Sequence record: OR539221.1
Source: Escherichia phage vB-Eco-KMB42
DNA length: 64,000 nt
Reading direction: 5' to 3' (one strand)
The notes beneath the pieces were generated by a model. That model saw only the letters and a list, made by a program, of their open reading frames with translations, had not been told where the DNA came from and did not search any database. This document shows, one piece after another, positions 10,180 to 21,228 of this stretch. The number at the start of each line of letters is the position of its first letter. The first letter of the stretch is position 1. A program made the translations under genes and the position numbers.

Positions 10180-10198
10180 ATCATATTTATAAATAGAA
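10180..10198. promoter_or_regulatory. overlapping divergent late promoters for gene 26 (minus) and gene 51 (plus)
   Basis: TATTTATAAATA: TATTTATA 10184-10191 and TATAAATA 10188-10195 in 51-bp intergenic gap. Confidence 0.6.
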
Positions 10199-10212
10199 TA
10201 AAAGGAGCATCT

Positions 10213-10965
10213 ATGGCAAACATTATTCGTTGTAAATTACCAGATGGTGTTCATCGTTTTAAACCATTTACGGTAGAAGATTATCGAGATTTTTTGTTAG
10301 TTCGAAACGATATAGAACATCGGTCACCACAAGAACAAAAAGAAGTAATTGCTGATTTAATTGCTGATTATTTTGGAGACTATCCAAAGACTTGGCAACC
10401 ATTTATATTTTTGCAGGTATTTGTAGGTTCAATAGGTAAAACTAAAGTACCAGTCACATTTGTATGTCCAAAATGTAAAAAAGAAAAGACAGTTCCATTT
10501 GAAATATATCAAAAAGAATTAAAGGAACCTATTTTTGATGTAGCTAATGTTAAAATTAAATTAAATTTTCCTTCTGAGTTTTATGAAAATAAAGCAAAGA
10601 TGATTACTGAAAATATTCATTCTGTTCAAGTAGATGAAATGTGGTATGATTGGAAGGAAATTAGTGAATCAAGTCAAATAGAACTTGTTGACGCCATCGA
10701 GATAGAAACATTAGAAAAAATTCTCGATGCAATGAATCCTATTAATTTAACATTGCACATGTCGTGTTGTGATAAGTACATTAAAAAATACACTGATATA
10801 GTAGATGTGTTTAAGCTATTAGTTAATCCAGATGAGATATTTACTTTTTATCAAATTAATCACACGCTTGTAAAAAGTAATTATAGCTTAAATTCAATAA
10901 TGAAAATGATTCCTGCCGAGCGCGGATTCGTATTAAAACTGATTGAGAAGGATAAACATCAATGA
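10213..10965 (+). CDS. 51: baseplate hub assembly protein gp51 (250 aa)
   Basis: synteny, size; late promoter 10188-10195. Confidence 0.88.
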   Translation: MANIIRCKLPDGVHRFKPFTVEDYRDFLLVRNDIEHRSPQEQKEVIADLIADYFGDYPKTWQPFIFLQVFVGSIGKTKVPVTFVCPKCKKEKTVPFEIYQKELKEPIFDVANVKIKLNFPSEFYENKAKMITENIHSVQVDEMWYDWKEISESSQIELVDAIEIETLEKILDAMNPINLTLHMSCCDKYIKKYTDIVDVFKLLVNPDEIFTFYQINHTLVKSNYSLNSIMKMIPAERGFVLKLIEKDKHQ

Positions 10966-12134
10966 GTATGTTACAACGTCCTGGATATCCAAATCTCAGC
11001 GTTAAATTATTTGAGAGTTATGACGCTTGGAGTAATAATAGATTTGTTGAATTAGCTGCTACTATTACCACATTAACTATGCGTGACTCTCTTTATGGTC
11101 GAAATGAAGGAATGCTACAATTTTATGATTCTAAAAACATTCATACAAAAATGGATGGAAATGAAATAATTCAGATTTCTGTAGCTAATGCAAACGATAT
11201 TAATAATGTTAAAACACGAATTTATGGATGCAAGCATTTTTCCGTGTCAGTAGATTCAAAAGGCGATAACATCATTGCTATTGAATTGGGAACTATTCAT
11301 TCTATAGAAAATCTTAAATTTGGTAGACCATTTTTCCCTGATGCCGGTGAATCTATAAAGGAAATGCTTGGCGTAATTTATCAAGATCGTACATTATTAA
11401 CTCCAGCGATAAATGCTATTAATGCTTATGTTCCTGATATTCCATGGACTAGCACATTTGAAAACTATTTGTCATATGTAAGAGAAGTTGCTCTAGCGGT
11501 AGGAAGCGATAAGTTCGTATTTGTATGGCAAGACATCATGGGAGTTAACATGATGGACTATGATATGATGATAAATCAAGAACCATATCCAATGATTGTA
11601 GGTGAGCCAACTTTAATAGGTCAATTCGTCCAAGAATTGAAATATCCATTAGCATATGATTTTGTTTGGTTGACTAAATCAAATCCGCATAAACGCGATC
11701 CAATGAAAAATGCTACTATCTATGCTCATTCATTTTTAGATTCTTCATTACCAATGATTACTACAGGAAAGGGTGAAAACTCTATTGTAGTGTCAAGGTC
11801 AGGTGCTTATTCTGAAATGACTTATAGAAATGGATATGAAGAAGCTATTCGTCTTCAGACTATGGCGCAGTATGATGGTTACGCTAAATGTTCTACTGTC
11901 GGTAATTTTAACTTGACTCCTGGCGTTAAAATTATTTTTAATGATAGTAAAAACCAATTTAAAACAGAATTTTACGTTGATGAAGTTATTCACGAATTAT
12001 CAAATAATAATTCCGTAACTCATCTTTATATGTTCACTAATGCAACGAAACTGGAAACAATCGACCCAGTTAAGGTTAAAAATGAATTTAAAACTGATAC
12101 TACCACTGAAGAAAGTAGTTCTTCCGATAAGTAA
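10962..12134 (+). CDS. 27: baseplate hub protein gp27 (390 aa)
   Basis: synteny, size; ATGA overlap with gene 51. Confidence 0.9.
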   Translation: MSMLQRPGYPNLSVKLFESYDAWSNNRFVELAATITTLTMRDSLYGRNEGMLQFYDSKNIHTKMDGNEIIQISVANANDINNVKTRIYGCKHFSVSVDSKGDNIIAIELGTIHSIENLKFGRPFFPDAGESIKEMLGVIYQDRTLLTPAINAINAYVPDIPWTSTFENYLSYVREVALAVGSDKFVFVWQDIMGVNMMDYDMMINQEPYPMIVGEPTLIGQFVQELKYPLAYDFVWLTKSNPHKRDPMKNATIYAHSFLDSSLPMITTGKGENSIVVSRSGAYSEMTYRNGYEEAIRLQTMAQYDGYAKCSTVGNFNLTPGVKIIFNDSKNQFKTEFYVDEVIHELSNNNSVTHLYMFTNATKLETIDPVKVKNEFKTDTTTEESSSSDK

Positions 12135-12615
12135 TAAAGAAGTTTCTATTCCTAAGATGGGTCTTAAACATTATAACATTTTAAAAGATGTTAAAGGTCC
12201 TGATGAAAATTTAAAGCTTCTTATTGATTCTATTTGTCCAAATTTATCACCTGCAGAAGTTGATTTCGTTTCTATTCATTTGCTAGAATTTAATGGAAAG
12301 ATTAAATCTCGTAAAGAAATAGATGGTTATACTTATGATATTAATGACGTTTATGTATGTCAAAGATTGGAATTTCAATACCAAGGAAATACATTTTATT
12401 TTAGACCTCCTGGAAAATTTGAACAATTTTTAACTGTAAGCGATATGTTATCCAAATGCTTGCTTAAGGTCAATGATGAAGTTAAAGAAATTAATTTTCT
12501 TGAGATGCCAGCATTTGTTTTAAAATGGGCAAATGATATTTCTACAACTTTAGCAATTCCTGGCCCTAATGGTCCAATAACCGGAATTGGCAATATTATT
12601 GGATTATTTGAATGA
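12082..12615 (+). CDS. 28: baseplate hub distal protein gp28 (177 aa; start moved to internal ATG with SD AAGG)
   Basis: T4 gp28 length 177 aa; ORF-track start would overlap gp27 by 95 nt. Confidence 0.8.
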   Translation: MNLKLILPLKKVVLPISNKEVSIPKMGLKHYNILKDVKGPDENLKLLIDSICPNLSPAEVDFVSIHLLEFNGKIKSRKEIDGYTYDINDVYVCQRLEFQYQGNTFYFRPPGKFEQFLTVSDMLSKCLLKVNDEVKEINFLEMPAFVLKWANDISTTLAIPGPNGPITGIGNIIGLFE

Positions 12616-14384
12616 AAAAGCCACAAGAAATGCAAACGATGCGTAGAAAAGTTATTTCAGATAATAAACCAACACAGGAAGCGGCTAAATCCGCTTCCAA
12701 CACTTTATCTGGACTTAATGACATATCTACGAAATTGGATGATGCTCAAGCTGCCTCTGAATTAATAGCTCAAACTGTCGAAGAAAAATCGAATGAAATA
12801 GTTGGAGCAATTGATAACGTTGAAAGCGCAGTAAGTGATACTACTGTCGGTTCTGAGTTAATTGCTGAAACTGTTGAAATTGGCAACAATATTAATAAAG
12901 AAATCGGTGAATCGCTCGGAAGCAAATTAGATAAATTAACAAGTTTACTGGAACAAAAAATTCAGACAGCTGGAATTCAGCAAACTGGAACGAGTTTAGC
13001 AGTAGTCGAAAATGCTATTCCTGTTAAAGTCGTCGAGGATGATACAGCTGAATCTGTGGGTCCTTTATTACCGGCTCCTGAAGCAGTTAATAATGATCCT
13101 GATGCTGATTTTTTCCCTACTCCTCAGCCAATTGAACCAAAACAAGAGTCTCCAGAAGAGAAGCAAAAAAGAGACGCATTTAACTTAAAAATATCTAATG
13201 CATTAGATAAATTAACAAAGACAGTTGATTTCGGATTTAAGAAATCTATTTCAATTACTGATAAAATATCTAGTATGCTATTTAAGTATACCGTCAGTGC
13301 TGCTATTGAAGCTGCTAAAATGGTTGCATTGATAATGGCTGTTGTTATTGGAATAGACCTGCTGATGGTTCATTTTAAATACTGGTCAGATAAATTTTCA
13401 AAAGCCTGGGATTTATTTGGTACTGATTTTACTAAATTCTCTAGCGAAACCGGAACATGGGGTCCTTTATTACAGAGCATCTTTGATTCTATTGATAAAA
13501 TTAAACAACTTTGGGAAGCTGGAGATTGGGGCGGATTAACAGTAGCTATTGTTGAAGGGCTTGGAAGTGTTCTTTATAATTTAGGAGAGCTTATTCAATT
13601 AGGTATGGCTAAATTATCTGCTGCAATTCTTCGAGTCATTCCTGGCATGAAGGATACTGCTGATGAAGTAGAAGGAAGAGCATTAGAAAATTTCCAAAAT
13701 TCTACTGGAGCATCTCTTAATAAAGAAGACCAAGAAAAAGTAGCAAATTATCAAGATAAACGAATGAATGACGATCTTGGCCCAATAGCAAAAGGATTAG
13801 ACAAAATTGCGAACTGGAAAACTCGTGCATCTAACTGGATTCGTGGTGTAGATAATAAAGAAGCATTGACTACTGACGAAGAACGTGCAGCAGAAGAAGA
13901 AAAATTAAAACAACTTTCACCGGAAGAAAGAAAAAATGCTTTAATGAAAGCTAATGAAGCTCGTGCTGCGATGATTCGTTTTGAAAAATACGCTGATTCA
14001 GCTGATATGAGCAAAGACTCGACAGTTAAATCAATTGAAGCTGCTCATGAAGACCTTAAAAAACGAATGAATGATCCGGATTTAAATAATTCACCAGCGG
14101 TTAAAAAAGAGCTTGCTTCTAGATTTGCTAAAATTGATGCCACTTATCAAGAGCTCAAGAAAAATCAACCTGAAGCAAAACCTGAAACTTCTGCTAAATC
14201 ACCAGAAGCAAAACAGGTCCAGGTGATTGAAAAGAACAAAGCACAACAAGCTCCTGTTCAACAAGCATCTCCTTCAATCAATAATACTAATAATGTTATT
14301 AAGAAAAATACTGTCGTTCATAATATGACACCTGTCACAAGCACAACTGCTCCTGGTGTATTTGGTGCGACGGGAGTTAATTAA
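12612..14384 (+). CDS. 29: gp29 baseplate hub / tail length determining (tape measure) protein (590 aa)
   Basis: size, coiled-coil rich, synteny. Confidence 0.9.
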   Translation: MKKPQEMQTMRRKVISDNKPTQEAAKSASNTLSGLNDISTKLDDAQAASELIAQTVEEKSNEIVGAIDNVESAVSDTTVGSELIAETVEIGNNINKEIGESLGSKLDKLTSLLEQKIQTAGIQQTGTSLAVVENAIPVKVVEDDTAESVGPLLPAPEAVNNDPDADFFPTPQPIEPKQESPEEKQKRDAFNLKISNALDKLTKTVDFGFKKSISITDKISSMLFKYTVSAAIEAAKMVALIMAVVIGIDLLMVHFKYWSDKFSKAWDLFGTDFTKFSSETGTWGPLLQSIFDSIDKIKQLWEAGDWGGLTVAIVEGLGSVLYNLGELIQLGMAKLSAAILRVIPGMKDTADEVEGRALENFQNSTGASLNKEDQEKVANYQDKRMNDDLGPIAKGLDKIANWKTRASNWIRGVDNKEALTTDEERAAEEEKLKQLSPEERKNALMKANEARAAMIRFEKYADSADMSKDSTVKSIEAAHEDLKKRMNDPDLNNSPAVKKELASRFAKIDATYQELKKNQPEAKPETSAKSPEAKQVQVIEKNKAQQAPVQQASPSINNTNNVIKKNTVVHNMTPVTSTTAPGVFGATGVN

Positions 14385-14392
14385 GGAATAAT

Positions 14393-15487
14393 ATGGCAAT
14401 TGTTAAAGAAATAACTGCTGATTTAATTAAAAAGTCCGGTGAAACAATTTCAGCCGGACAGAGTACTAAATCAGAAGTAGGAACTAAAACATACACAGCC
14501 CAGTTTCCAACTGGGCGTGCTAGTGGTAATGACACTACAGGGGACTTCCAGGTAACAGATCTATATAAGAATGGATTATTATTTACTGCATACAATATGT
14601 CATCTAGGGATTCTGGAAGTCTTAGAACGATGAGATCTAACTACTCTTCTTCATCTTCGAGTATTTTACGTACAGCCAGAAACACTATCAGTAATACAGT
14701 ATCAAAACTATCAAATGGACTAATATCAGATAATAATTCAGGAACAATAAGTAAAGTTCCTGTTGCAAATATTCTTTTACCTAGATCTAAATCTGACGTC
14801 GATACGTCATCACATAGATTTAATGATGTTCAAGATAGTCTTATTACAAAAGGCGGAGGAACTGCTACTGGTGTGCTAAGCAATATGGCTTCAACCGCAG
14901 TATTTGGAGCGTTGGAAAGTATAACACAAGGTATAATGGCTGATAATAATGAACAGATCTATACAACAGCCAGAAGCATGTACGGCGGTGCTGAAAATAG
15001 AACTAAAGTGTTCACCTGGGATTTAACTCCGCGCTCAACAGAAGATTTAATGGCTATTATTAATATCTATCAGTATTTTAACTATTTTTCTTACGGTGAA
15101 ACTGGTAAATCTCAATATGCTGCTGAAATAAAAGGATATTTAGATGAGTGGTATCGTTCTACATTTATTGAACCATTAACGCCAGAAGACGCGATTAAAA
15201 ACAAGACGTTATTTGAAAAAATGACATCGAGTTTAACGAACGTTCTTGTAGTTTCAAACCCGACAATTTGGATGGTGAAAAACTTTGGTGCAACTTCTAA
15301 ATTTGATGGAAAGACTGAAGTATTCGGTCCATGCCAAATACAGAGTATTAGATTTGATAAAACACCAAATGGTAACTTTAATGGATTAGCTATTGCTCCT
15401 AACCTTCCAAGTTCTTTTACACTCGAGATTACTATGAGAGAGATTATTACGTTAAACCGTGCTTCTTTATATACGGGGACTTTCTAA
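14393..15487 (+). CDS. 48: baseplate tail-tube junction protein gp48 (364 aa)
   Basis: synteny, size. Confidence 0.9.
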   Translation: MAIVKEITADLIKKSGETISAGQSTKSEVGTKTYTAQFPTGRASGNDTTGDFQVTDLYKNGLLFTAYNMSSRDSGSLRTMRSNYSSSSSSILRTARNTISNTVSKLSNGLISDNNSGTISKVPVANILLPRSKSDVDTSSHRFNDVQDSLITKGGGTATGVLSNMASTAVFGALESITQGIMADNNEQIYTTARSMYGGAENRTKVFTWDLTPRSTEDLMAIINIYQYFNYFSYGETGKSQYAAEIKGYLDEWYRSTFIEPLTPEDAIKNKTLFEKMTSSLTNVLVVSNPTIWMVKNFGATSKFDGKTEVFGPCQIQSIRFDKTPNGNFNGLAIAPNLPSSFTLEITMREIITLNRASLYTGTF

Positions 15488-16452
15488 TGTATTCTTTAGA
15501 GGAATTTAATAATCAAGCAATAAACGCAGACTTCCAACGTAATAATATGTTCAGCTGTGTTTTTGCTACAACTCCATCAACTAAAAGCTCATCGTTAATA
15601 AGCTCAATTAGTAACTTTGCTTATAATAACTTGGGTCTAAATTCAGATTGGTTGGGATTAACTCAAGGTGATATTAATCAGGGAATTACCACGCTAATTA
15701 CTGCTGGCACACAAAAACTAATAAGAAAATCGGGAGTCAGTAAATATCTTATTGGCGCTATGAGTCAGCGTACTGTTCAGAGTTTATTAGGCTCATTTAC
15801 AGTTGGTACATATTTAATTGACTTCTTTAACATGGCATATAACTCATCTGGATTGATGATATACTCTGTAAAAATGCCAGAGAATAGATTATCCTATGAA
15901 ACTGACTGGAACTATAATTCTCCTAATATTCGTATAACTGGAAGAGAATTAGACCCTTTGGTTATTTCATTCAGAATGGATTCAGAAGCTTGTAACTATC
16001 GTGCAATGCAAGACTGGGTTAACGCTGTTCAAGACCCAGTAACTGGATTGCGTGCTTTGCCGCAAGATGTCGAGGCAGATATTCAGGTTAATCTTCATTC
16101 TCGCAATGGATTACCTCATACTGCGGTGATGTTCACTGGATGCATTCCAATATCAGTGAGCGCTCCTGAGTTATCATATGATGGAGATAACCAAATAACT
16201 ACATTTGACGTTACTTTTGCGTATAGAGTGATGCAGGCTGGAGCAGTTGATAGACAAGCTGCCCTTGAATGGCTTGAATCTGCTACTATAAATGGTATTC
16301 AAAGCGTTCTCGGAAATAGTGGAGGTGTTACTGGACTATCTAATTCGCTTTCACGACTTAGTAGATTAGGGGGAACTGCAGGAAGCATTTCAAATATTAA
16401 TACTATGACAGGAATTGTCAATTCGCAAAGTAAAATATTAGGAGCAATATAA
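15487..16452 (+). CDS. 54: baseplate tail-tube initiator gp54 (321 aa)
   Basis: synteny, size; ATGA overlap with gene 48; terminator follows. Confidence 0.9.
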   Translation: MYSLEEFNNQAINADFQRNNMFSCVFATTPSTKSSSLISSISNFAYNNLGLNSDWLGLTQGDINQGITTLITAGTQKLIRKSGVSKYLIGAMSQRTVQSLLGSFTVGTYLIDFFNMAYNSSGLMIYSVKMPENRLSYETDWNYNSPNIRITGRELDPLVISFRMDSEACNYRAMQDWVNAVQDPVTGLRALPQDVEADIQVNLHSRNGLPHTAVMFTGCIPISVSAPELSYDGDNQITTFDVTFAYRVMQAGAVDRQAALEWLESATINGIQSVLGNSGGVTGLSNSLSRLSRLGGTAGSISNINTMTGIVNSQSKILGAI

Positions 16453-16454
16453 CA

Positions 16455-16486
16455 ATGGGGACCGAAAGGTCCCCATATTTTTATTT
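16455..16486 (+). terminator. terminator after gene 54
   Basis: GGGGACC-GAAA-GGTCCCC then ATATTTTTATTT. Confidence 0.8.
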
Positions 16487-16771
16487 ACGGAATGAAATAA
16501 AAGCAGCAACTGAAGCAACAGAGGTTTCTTCAATATAAACCTCAATTTTTACCGGAGCTTCTGACTCAAATTTACCTGTTACTACACCTTGGAAAATACT
16601 TTCAGTCTGTTCTGGCTTTGAAAAATTTTCAGAAGGAAAAATTCCAAACTTTTTATCGGTTCCGAAAATTTTAATAAATTCATCATAAACTGCTTCATTG
16701 AAAGCGTTATCAGCGGGAATAACGCCTTCAACGACGAGTTCTTGACCTAAAAAGCGCAAAGAAGATTTCAT
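16481..16771 (-). CDS. hypothetical early protein (96 aa; T4 alt.-3 position)
   Basis: ORF with SD GAGGAA and its own early promoter (16790-16850). Confidence 0.6.
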   Translation of the reverse strand: MKSSLRFLGQELVVEGVIPADNAFNEAVYDEFIKIFGTDKKFGIFPSENFSKPEQTESIFQGVVTGKFESEAPVKIEVYIEETSVASVAAFISFRK

Positions 16772-16789
16772 TTTGTGTTCCTCATGTTA

Positions 16790-16850
16790 TGTCAGTAAAA
16801 CTACTATAACACAATACGAGGGACTTGTAAACTACATTTTGAACTTTTTA
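16790..16850 (-). promoter_or_regulatory. early sigma70-type promoter (-35 GTTTAC, -10 TATAGT)
   Basis: minus-strand GTTTAC at 16827-16832, 18-bp spacer; nearly identical to promoter at 32140-32200. Confidence 0.6.
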
Positions 16851-18889
16851 GACATTCCGTTGATGTTAACCAAAGAAGCTAAGATTTGAGAAACTTCGTT
16901 TTCCTCTTCTTTTGATTCTTCTACAAGGAATTGATTAAATCCAGCCATTGGACGAACTTCACCAGTTTCCATCAGATGGTCGCCATCATATACTGATTCT
17001 TCTAATTGTTCAGAAGGAGAAACGATTGTACCTTCGATTAGATACTTGTTATAAGCAGTTTCTTTCATCATGTACGTACTTACTTTATTAATCTTCAGTA
17101 AAATTCCACGCGGCAAAATAACTTCAGCTTCGGATGGAAATCCTGATAAATGACCTGGAACGATAACTTTAACTCGTTCAGCTCCTTTAATTACCATACC
17201 TACATTAGTTTCAGCGTCTTCATTCGCATATGTAGAATGACTACCCATATGCATTAAATCTTCAGCATCAACTGAACCTTCTCCTTCACCAGAAAATACT
17301 GTTCCAGCGTCATCTAAAGCCATATAATTTTTACCATATTCACCGAAGATATTTGGCTTGAGTGAAGTAGATACAAAGTTCTTGAAATAGAACATTTTAT
17401 TTTCTATATTATGACGTAAAGTTTTAAAAGTAACTTCTTGGCCACGGTAAAGTGTAGTTCCCGGAGGAAGAACTGAACCTTTAGCAAATGCAGAATCCAA
17501 CGTCTCAATGTGCTTAATAGCACGTTCCATATATTCTTCACGTGTAGAATCAGGTTTACCTAAAAGGAATGAGTTCATTTCAACATATGAATCTGCACAA
17601 TAATCTTCAATTACATCAGATTCAGCCTGAGTTAATCCTTTTGGAGTTACTTCAGTGCTTGCATATTCATATGCCTGAGCAGCAGATTCATCAATTAATT
17701 TATAAATTCCATTCATTACAAATTGAATAATAGCTGTCTTTTCATCTGGTGTAGCTTTAGAACCTTTAACTAAATCATTGATAATTTTCTTAATAACATC
17801 AAAACTATTAGAAATATTAATATCAGCAAGATCACTTAAAATTTTATCAGTTTTATAATCAAAGAATTCTTTATTCTTTAAATATTCTTGAGAACCTTGA
17901 TATGTTATATCGCTCTGCAGCTTGATAGATGGATCGCGTAAACGTGCATGGGCCAATGCAATATGATTTCGGAAGCTTTCGAGTTCATAATCACTAGATT
18001 TAAAACGAGAAGCACTTCTCATACCACCGATAGCTCCTTTGCTAAAGTTTGAACCAACCTGAATAACGCCAGAGTTCATTGGTCCTTCTGCTTTATATAC
18101 CGGAACTTTAGATTCAAACTCTTGATATTTCTTAGCAGCGAAGCTATCACCCTGAAGTGAAGCATCAACAGTAGAATATTGAGCTTGCGCTGCTAATCGA
18201 CGACTAATTTTAGTTTTCTGAATAACAGCTTGATCCGTGCGCTTATCATTTTCTAAAGCAATAGAAGCAGCAACAGCAACAGCTTTAGGAACAGCATTAC
18301 CTGTTTTAACGTCTACATAAACATCACCAACCTTTGATTCAACTTTTGTGAATAACTCGGTTGAAATAGGAGGTACACCTGGAATGTCTTCTAAATTGGC
18401 ATTTTTACGGTAAACCATAATATATGCGTACTTTTTATCATAATCCCAGATTTCCTTTAAAAGAACATATCGACCTGCTCCTTTAGTACGTACTAAACGG
18501 TCAGCAATAACTTGCATTTGACGAGCAGCGCCATTTGTTTTACTTTTTAGTACGCGGAATAAGCATGCATCAATTTTATACTGTTTCATTGTTTGAAGAG
18601 CAGTATCAAAAACAGCATTAATGACGCCAATTGGATTTCCACCCAAGTTTTTAAGCTTAACTAATGATAGTTTCTCATTAACACCTATCATTACGATATG
18701 CATCATTTTGTCGCCTGGCTTAACGTTTTTATTCGTATCACCGCCAGAGGTGTATGTACAAAATCTAAATCCAGGAAGCACGCTTTCTTCACCGGCTTGA
18801 ATAGCAAAAATTTGTGGTATTTTATGCTTAGGATTTAAGTTAACAACCGGCGCCGAAGCGCCGTCAAATAATTCTGTAATAAGTTCCAT
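16832..18889 (-). CDS. Alt-family mono-ADP-ribosyltransferase paralog (685 aa; T4 alt.-2/alt.-1 position)
   Basis: N-terminal MELITELFD region highly similar to adjacent alt; C-terminal R-S-E type ART signature (LYRG...FVSTSL...SEAEVILPRG). Confidence 0.82.
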   Translation of the reverse strand: MELITELFDGASAPVVNLNPKHKIPQIFAIQAGEESVLPGFRFCTYTSGGDTNKNVKPGDKMMHIVMIGVNEKLSLVKLKNLGGNPIGVINAVFDTALQTMKQYKIDACLFRVLKSKTNGAARQMQVIADRLVRTKGAGRYVLLKEIWDYDKKYAYIMVYRKNANLEDIPGVPPISTELFTKVESKVGDVYVDVKTGNAVPKAVAVAASIALENDKRTDQAVIQKTKISRRLAAQAQYSTVDASLQGDSFAAKKYQEFESKVPVYKAEGPMNSGVIQVGSNFSKGAIGGMRSASRFKSSDYELESFRNHIALAHARLRDPSIKLQSDITYQGSQEYLKNKEFFDYKTDKILSDLADINISNSFDVIKKIINDLVKGSKATPDEKTAIIQFVMNGIYKLIDESAAQAYEYASTEVTPKGLTQAESDVIEDYCADSYVEMNSFLLGKPDSTREEYMERAIKHIETLDSAFAKGSVLPPGTTLYRGQEVTFKTLRHNIENKMFYFKNFVSTSLKPNIFGEYGKNYMALDDAGTVFSGEGEGSVDAEDLMHMGSHSTYANEDAETNVGMVIKGAERVKVIVPGHLSGFPSEAEVILPRGILLKINKVSTYMMKETAYNKYLIEGTIVSPSEQLEESVYDGDHLMETGEVRPMAGFNQFLVEESKEEENEVSQILASLVNINGMSKKFKM

Positions 18890-18892
18890 GAT

Positions 18893-20986
18893 TTATCCTT
18901 GAACGAACTTGTAAGGCATGTTTGTAATATCTATGCAAGACGCAATAATTCCAAGAGATGATTCTACTTTCTGTTTAATATTTGATGAAACAAATGATGC
19001 AAAGTCAACTCTGTCTTCTATTTCAATATCACCTGTCATTGCAACCAATTCACCAGTTTCCATTAAATGGTCTCCATCATAGATTACCGATTCGGTGAGC
19101 TCTTCCGTGGTCATAACTTCAGCTTGAATGAGTTTTGTATTATTAGATGTTGTTCCGTCATTATTAGAAGCATCAGTTATTTTATTAACCTTGACCATCA
19201 ATCCGCGTGGTAGAATAACTTCAGCTTCTGTTGCTATTCCGAGACTTCCTGGATATACAACATTAACTTTATGAGCTCCATCAATTGCCCATCCTATTTG
19301 AACTTTAACATATTCAGGATTTTCTTTATACGCTCTTATTTCGTTTGGATTAATAGTTATTCCTTCTTCATTTTTATCAACTGTTAATTCGTTACGAGCT
19401 TCTGGTTCTAAAAGACCAATACCAGCATGTGTGATTCCAAAACGTCCAAAAATGATAGGAGTTAAAGAAGTAGATACAAAATTTCTGAAGTAGAACACTT
19501 TATTTTTAACTAACGCTTCATATATAGGAGCAGTCATACTTTGAGCACGATAAACTGTAATGCCTTCTGGTATACGGTCACCATTTTCAAAAGCTGAATC
19601 TAAGTTATTTATAGCAGATTCAATTTCTTTTTCACTCATTACATCGTATCGTTCTGGATTGTAACGACCTAAAAGAAGATTATTGATGTCAGTATATCCT
19701 GAACCGCAATATTCTCTAATGCCACGCTTTTGTGATGGAGTATATTTAGAACCATCGCGGGCAATAGTAATATCAATCATTGGACCAGCACCAATTCCAG
19801 AAAAACTGTAAATCATTCGTTTGAGGAATTTAGTTTTTGCTGCGTTCCAGGAATTTTTAGTTATTTCTTCCCAGACTTCATCTGGTTGTCCTTTACGATT
19901 TTTATTATGATTAGCAAGCCATTTATCTTTATAATCTTCAAAGAATTGATTTACAGCTGCTGCGTATTTCTCTAAACATTTTATTGAAGTAGTTGGTTCA
20001 TTTTTAATTGCATTAAAAATTACTTCTTTAATTTTTTCTGAAACTTCACCGACTTGACTCATTGGAAAGAATTTATAATCATAGTGAAGTTCATCTGCCG
20101 TTCCTTCAGCAATAATTTTTGCTGCCTTTGTTTTAGAAGCTAATGAATTAATTCCAATTTTCATTTCTTCTGCTTCGGGAATTAAAGGTGCAGTAGCTGG
20201 TTTATTAAAATTAGCTGCTGTAGATTCATACTTCTGGAATAATTCACTTTCAAATCTAGAAGATTCCAATGACTGACTTTGTGCAATTGCTCTACGGGAA
20301 ATTTTAACTTTAACGATTACAGCTTGGTCAGAACGTTTATCATTTTCTTGTGCAATTGATGCTGCAATTGCCTCATTTTTAGTTACTTGGGCTCCAGTAT
20401 CTTTATTGATATAAACATCACCGACTTTCGATTCAACTTTAGTAAAGAGTTCAGTGCTAATTTCTGGAACTCCTGGAATGTCTTCTAGTGATACATTTTT
20501 ACGATGTATAAGAATATATGCATACTTTTTATCGTAATCCCAGAGTTCCTTAAGAAGGACGTATCTGCCACCTGAACGACTACGGATAAGTCTATCAGCA
20601 ATAACTTGAATTTGTCTAGCTTGGCCAGCAGTTTTAGACTTAAGAATACGAAGCATACAGGCATCAATTTTATATTGACGCATTGTTTGCATTGCAACAG
20701 TAAAAACTGAATTGATATAATTAATCGGGCTTGGACCAAGACCTTTTAATTTGGCAATTGAACCTTTAGCAGTTAATGTAAAAGGAACAATATGCATCAT
20801 TTTATCGCCCATCTTTAAATCGCGATTAGTATCACCTCCAGATGTATAGGTACATAAACGAAAGCCTGGTTGTTCAATTGCATCATCAACATGAACTGAA
20901 AAAATTTGTGGTATTTTCTTCTTTGGATTTAAGTTTGTAATCGGAAGAGTAGTATCTTCGTCAAATAATTCTGTAATAAGTTCCAT
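18893..20986 (-). CDS. alt: Alt ADP-ribosyltransferase, capsid-packaged (697 aa)
   Basis: MELITELFDEDTTLPITNL N-terminus; ART motifs VYRAQ...FVSTSL...TEAEVILPRG; late promoter TATAAATA (minus) 21010-21017. Confidence 0.85.
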   Translation of the reverse strand: MELITELFDEDTTLPITNLNPKKKIPQIFSVHVDDAIEQPGFRLCTYTSGGDTNRDLKMGDKMMHIVPFTLTAKGSIAKLKGLGPSPINYINSVFTVAMQTMRQYKIDACMLRILKSKTAGQARQIQVIADRLIRSRSGGRYVLLKELWDYDKKYAYILIHRKNVSLEDIPGVPEISTELFTKVESKVGDVYINKDTGAQVTKNEAIAASIAQENDKRSDQAVIVKVKISRRAIAQSQSLESSRFESELFQKYESTAANFNKPATAPLIPEAEEMKIGINSLASKTKAAKIIAEGTADELHYDYKFFPMSQVGEVSEKIKEVIFNAIKNEPTTSIKCLEKYAAAVNQFFEDYKDKWLANHNKNRKGQPDEVWEEITKNSWNAAKTKFLKRMIYSFSGIGAGPMIDITIARDGSKYTPSQKRGIREYCGSGYTDINNLLLGRYNPERYDVMSEKEIESAINNLDSAFENGDRIPEGITVYRAQSMTAPIYEALVKNKVFYFRNFVSTSLTPIIFGRFGITHAGIGLLEPEARNELTVDKNEEGITINPNEIRAYKENPEYVKVQIGWAIDGAHKVNVVYPGSLGIATEAEVILPRGLMVKVNKITDASNNDGTTSNNTKLIQAEVMTTEELTESVIYDGDHLMETGELVAMTGDIEIEDRVDFASFVSSNIKQKVESSLGIIASCIDITNMPYKFVQG

Positions 20987-21004
20987 GTTATCCTCTCTAG
21001 TGTT

Positions 21005-21022
21005 TATTCTATTTATAAAATT
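21005..21022 (-). promoter_or_regulatory. late promoter (minus) for alt
   Basis: plus-strand TATTTATA at 21010-21017, 24 nt upstream of alt ATG. Confidence 0.6.
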
Positions 21023-21040
21023 AAAGGCCCGAAGGCCTTT
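21023..21040 (-). terminator. hairpin after alt.1-position ORF, immediately upstream of alt late promoter
   Basis: AAAGGCC-CGAA-GGCCTTT. Confidence 0.5.
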
Positions 21041-21042
21041 AA

Positions 21043-21228
21043 TTAATAGAGAGCTAAAAGAGTACGATATACTTCAAACTTTGGACCTTTTTCATATGGA
21101 TCAAATCTTTCCGTGAATTCATCATATGCTAGTTTATCTGGGAATTCAAGAATAACCTGCGATACCGCAGTGGAAACATCTCCACCTTCTTTTTGAGCCA
21201 CGACAATTGTTTCTAAGTAAGCTTTCAT
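21043..21228 (-). CDS. hypothetical protein (T4 alt.1 position, 61 aa)
   Basis: ORF, stop overlaps ligase start region. Confidence 0.55.
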   Translation of the reverse strand: MKAYLETIVVAQKEGGDVSTAVSQVILEFPDKLAYDEFTERFDPYEKGPKFEVYRTLLALY

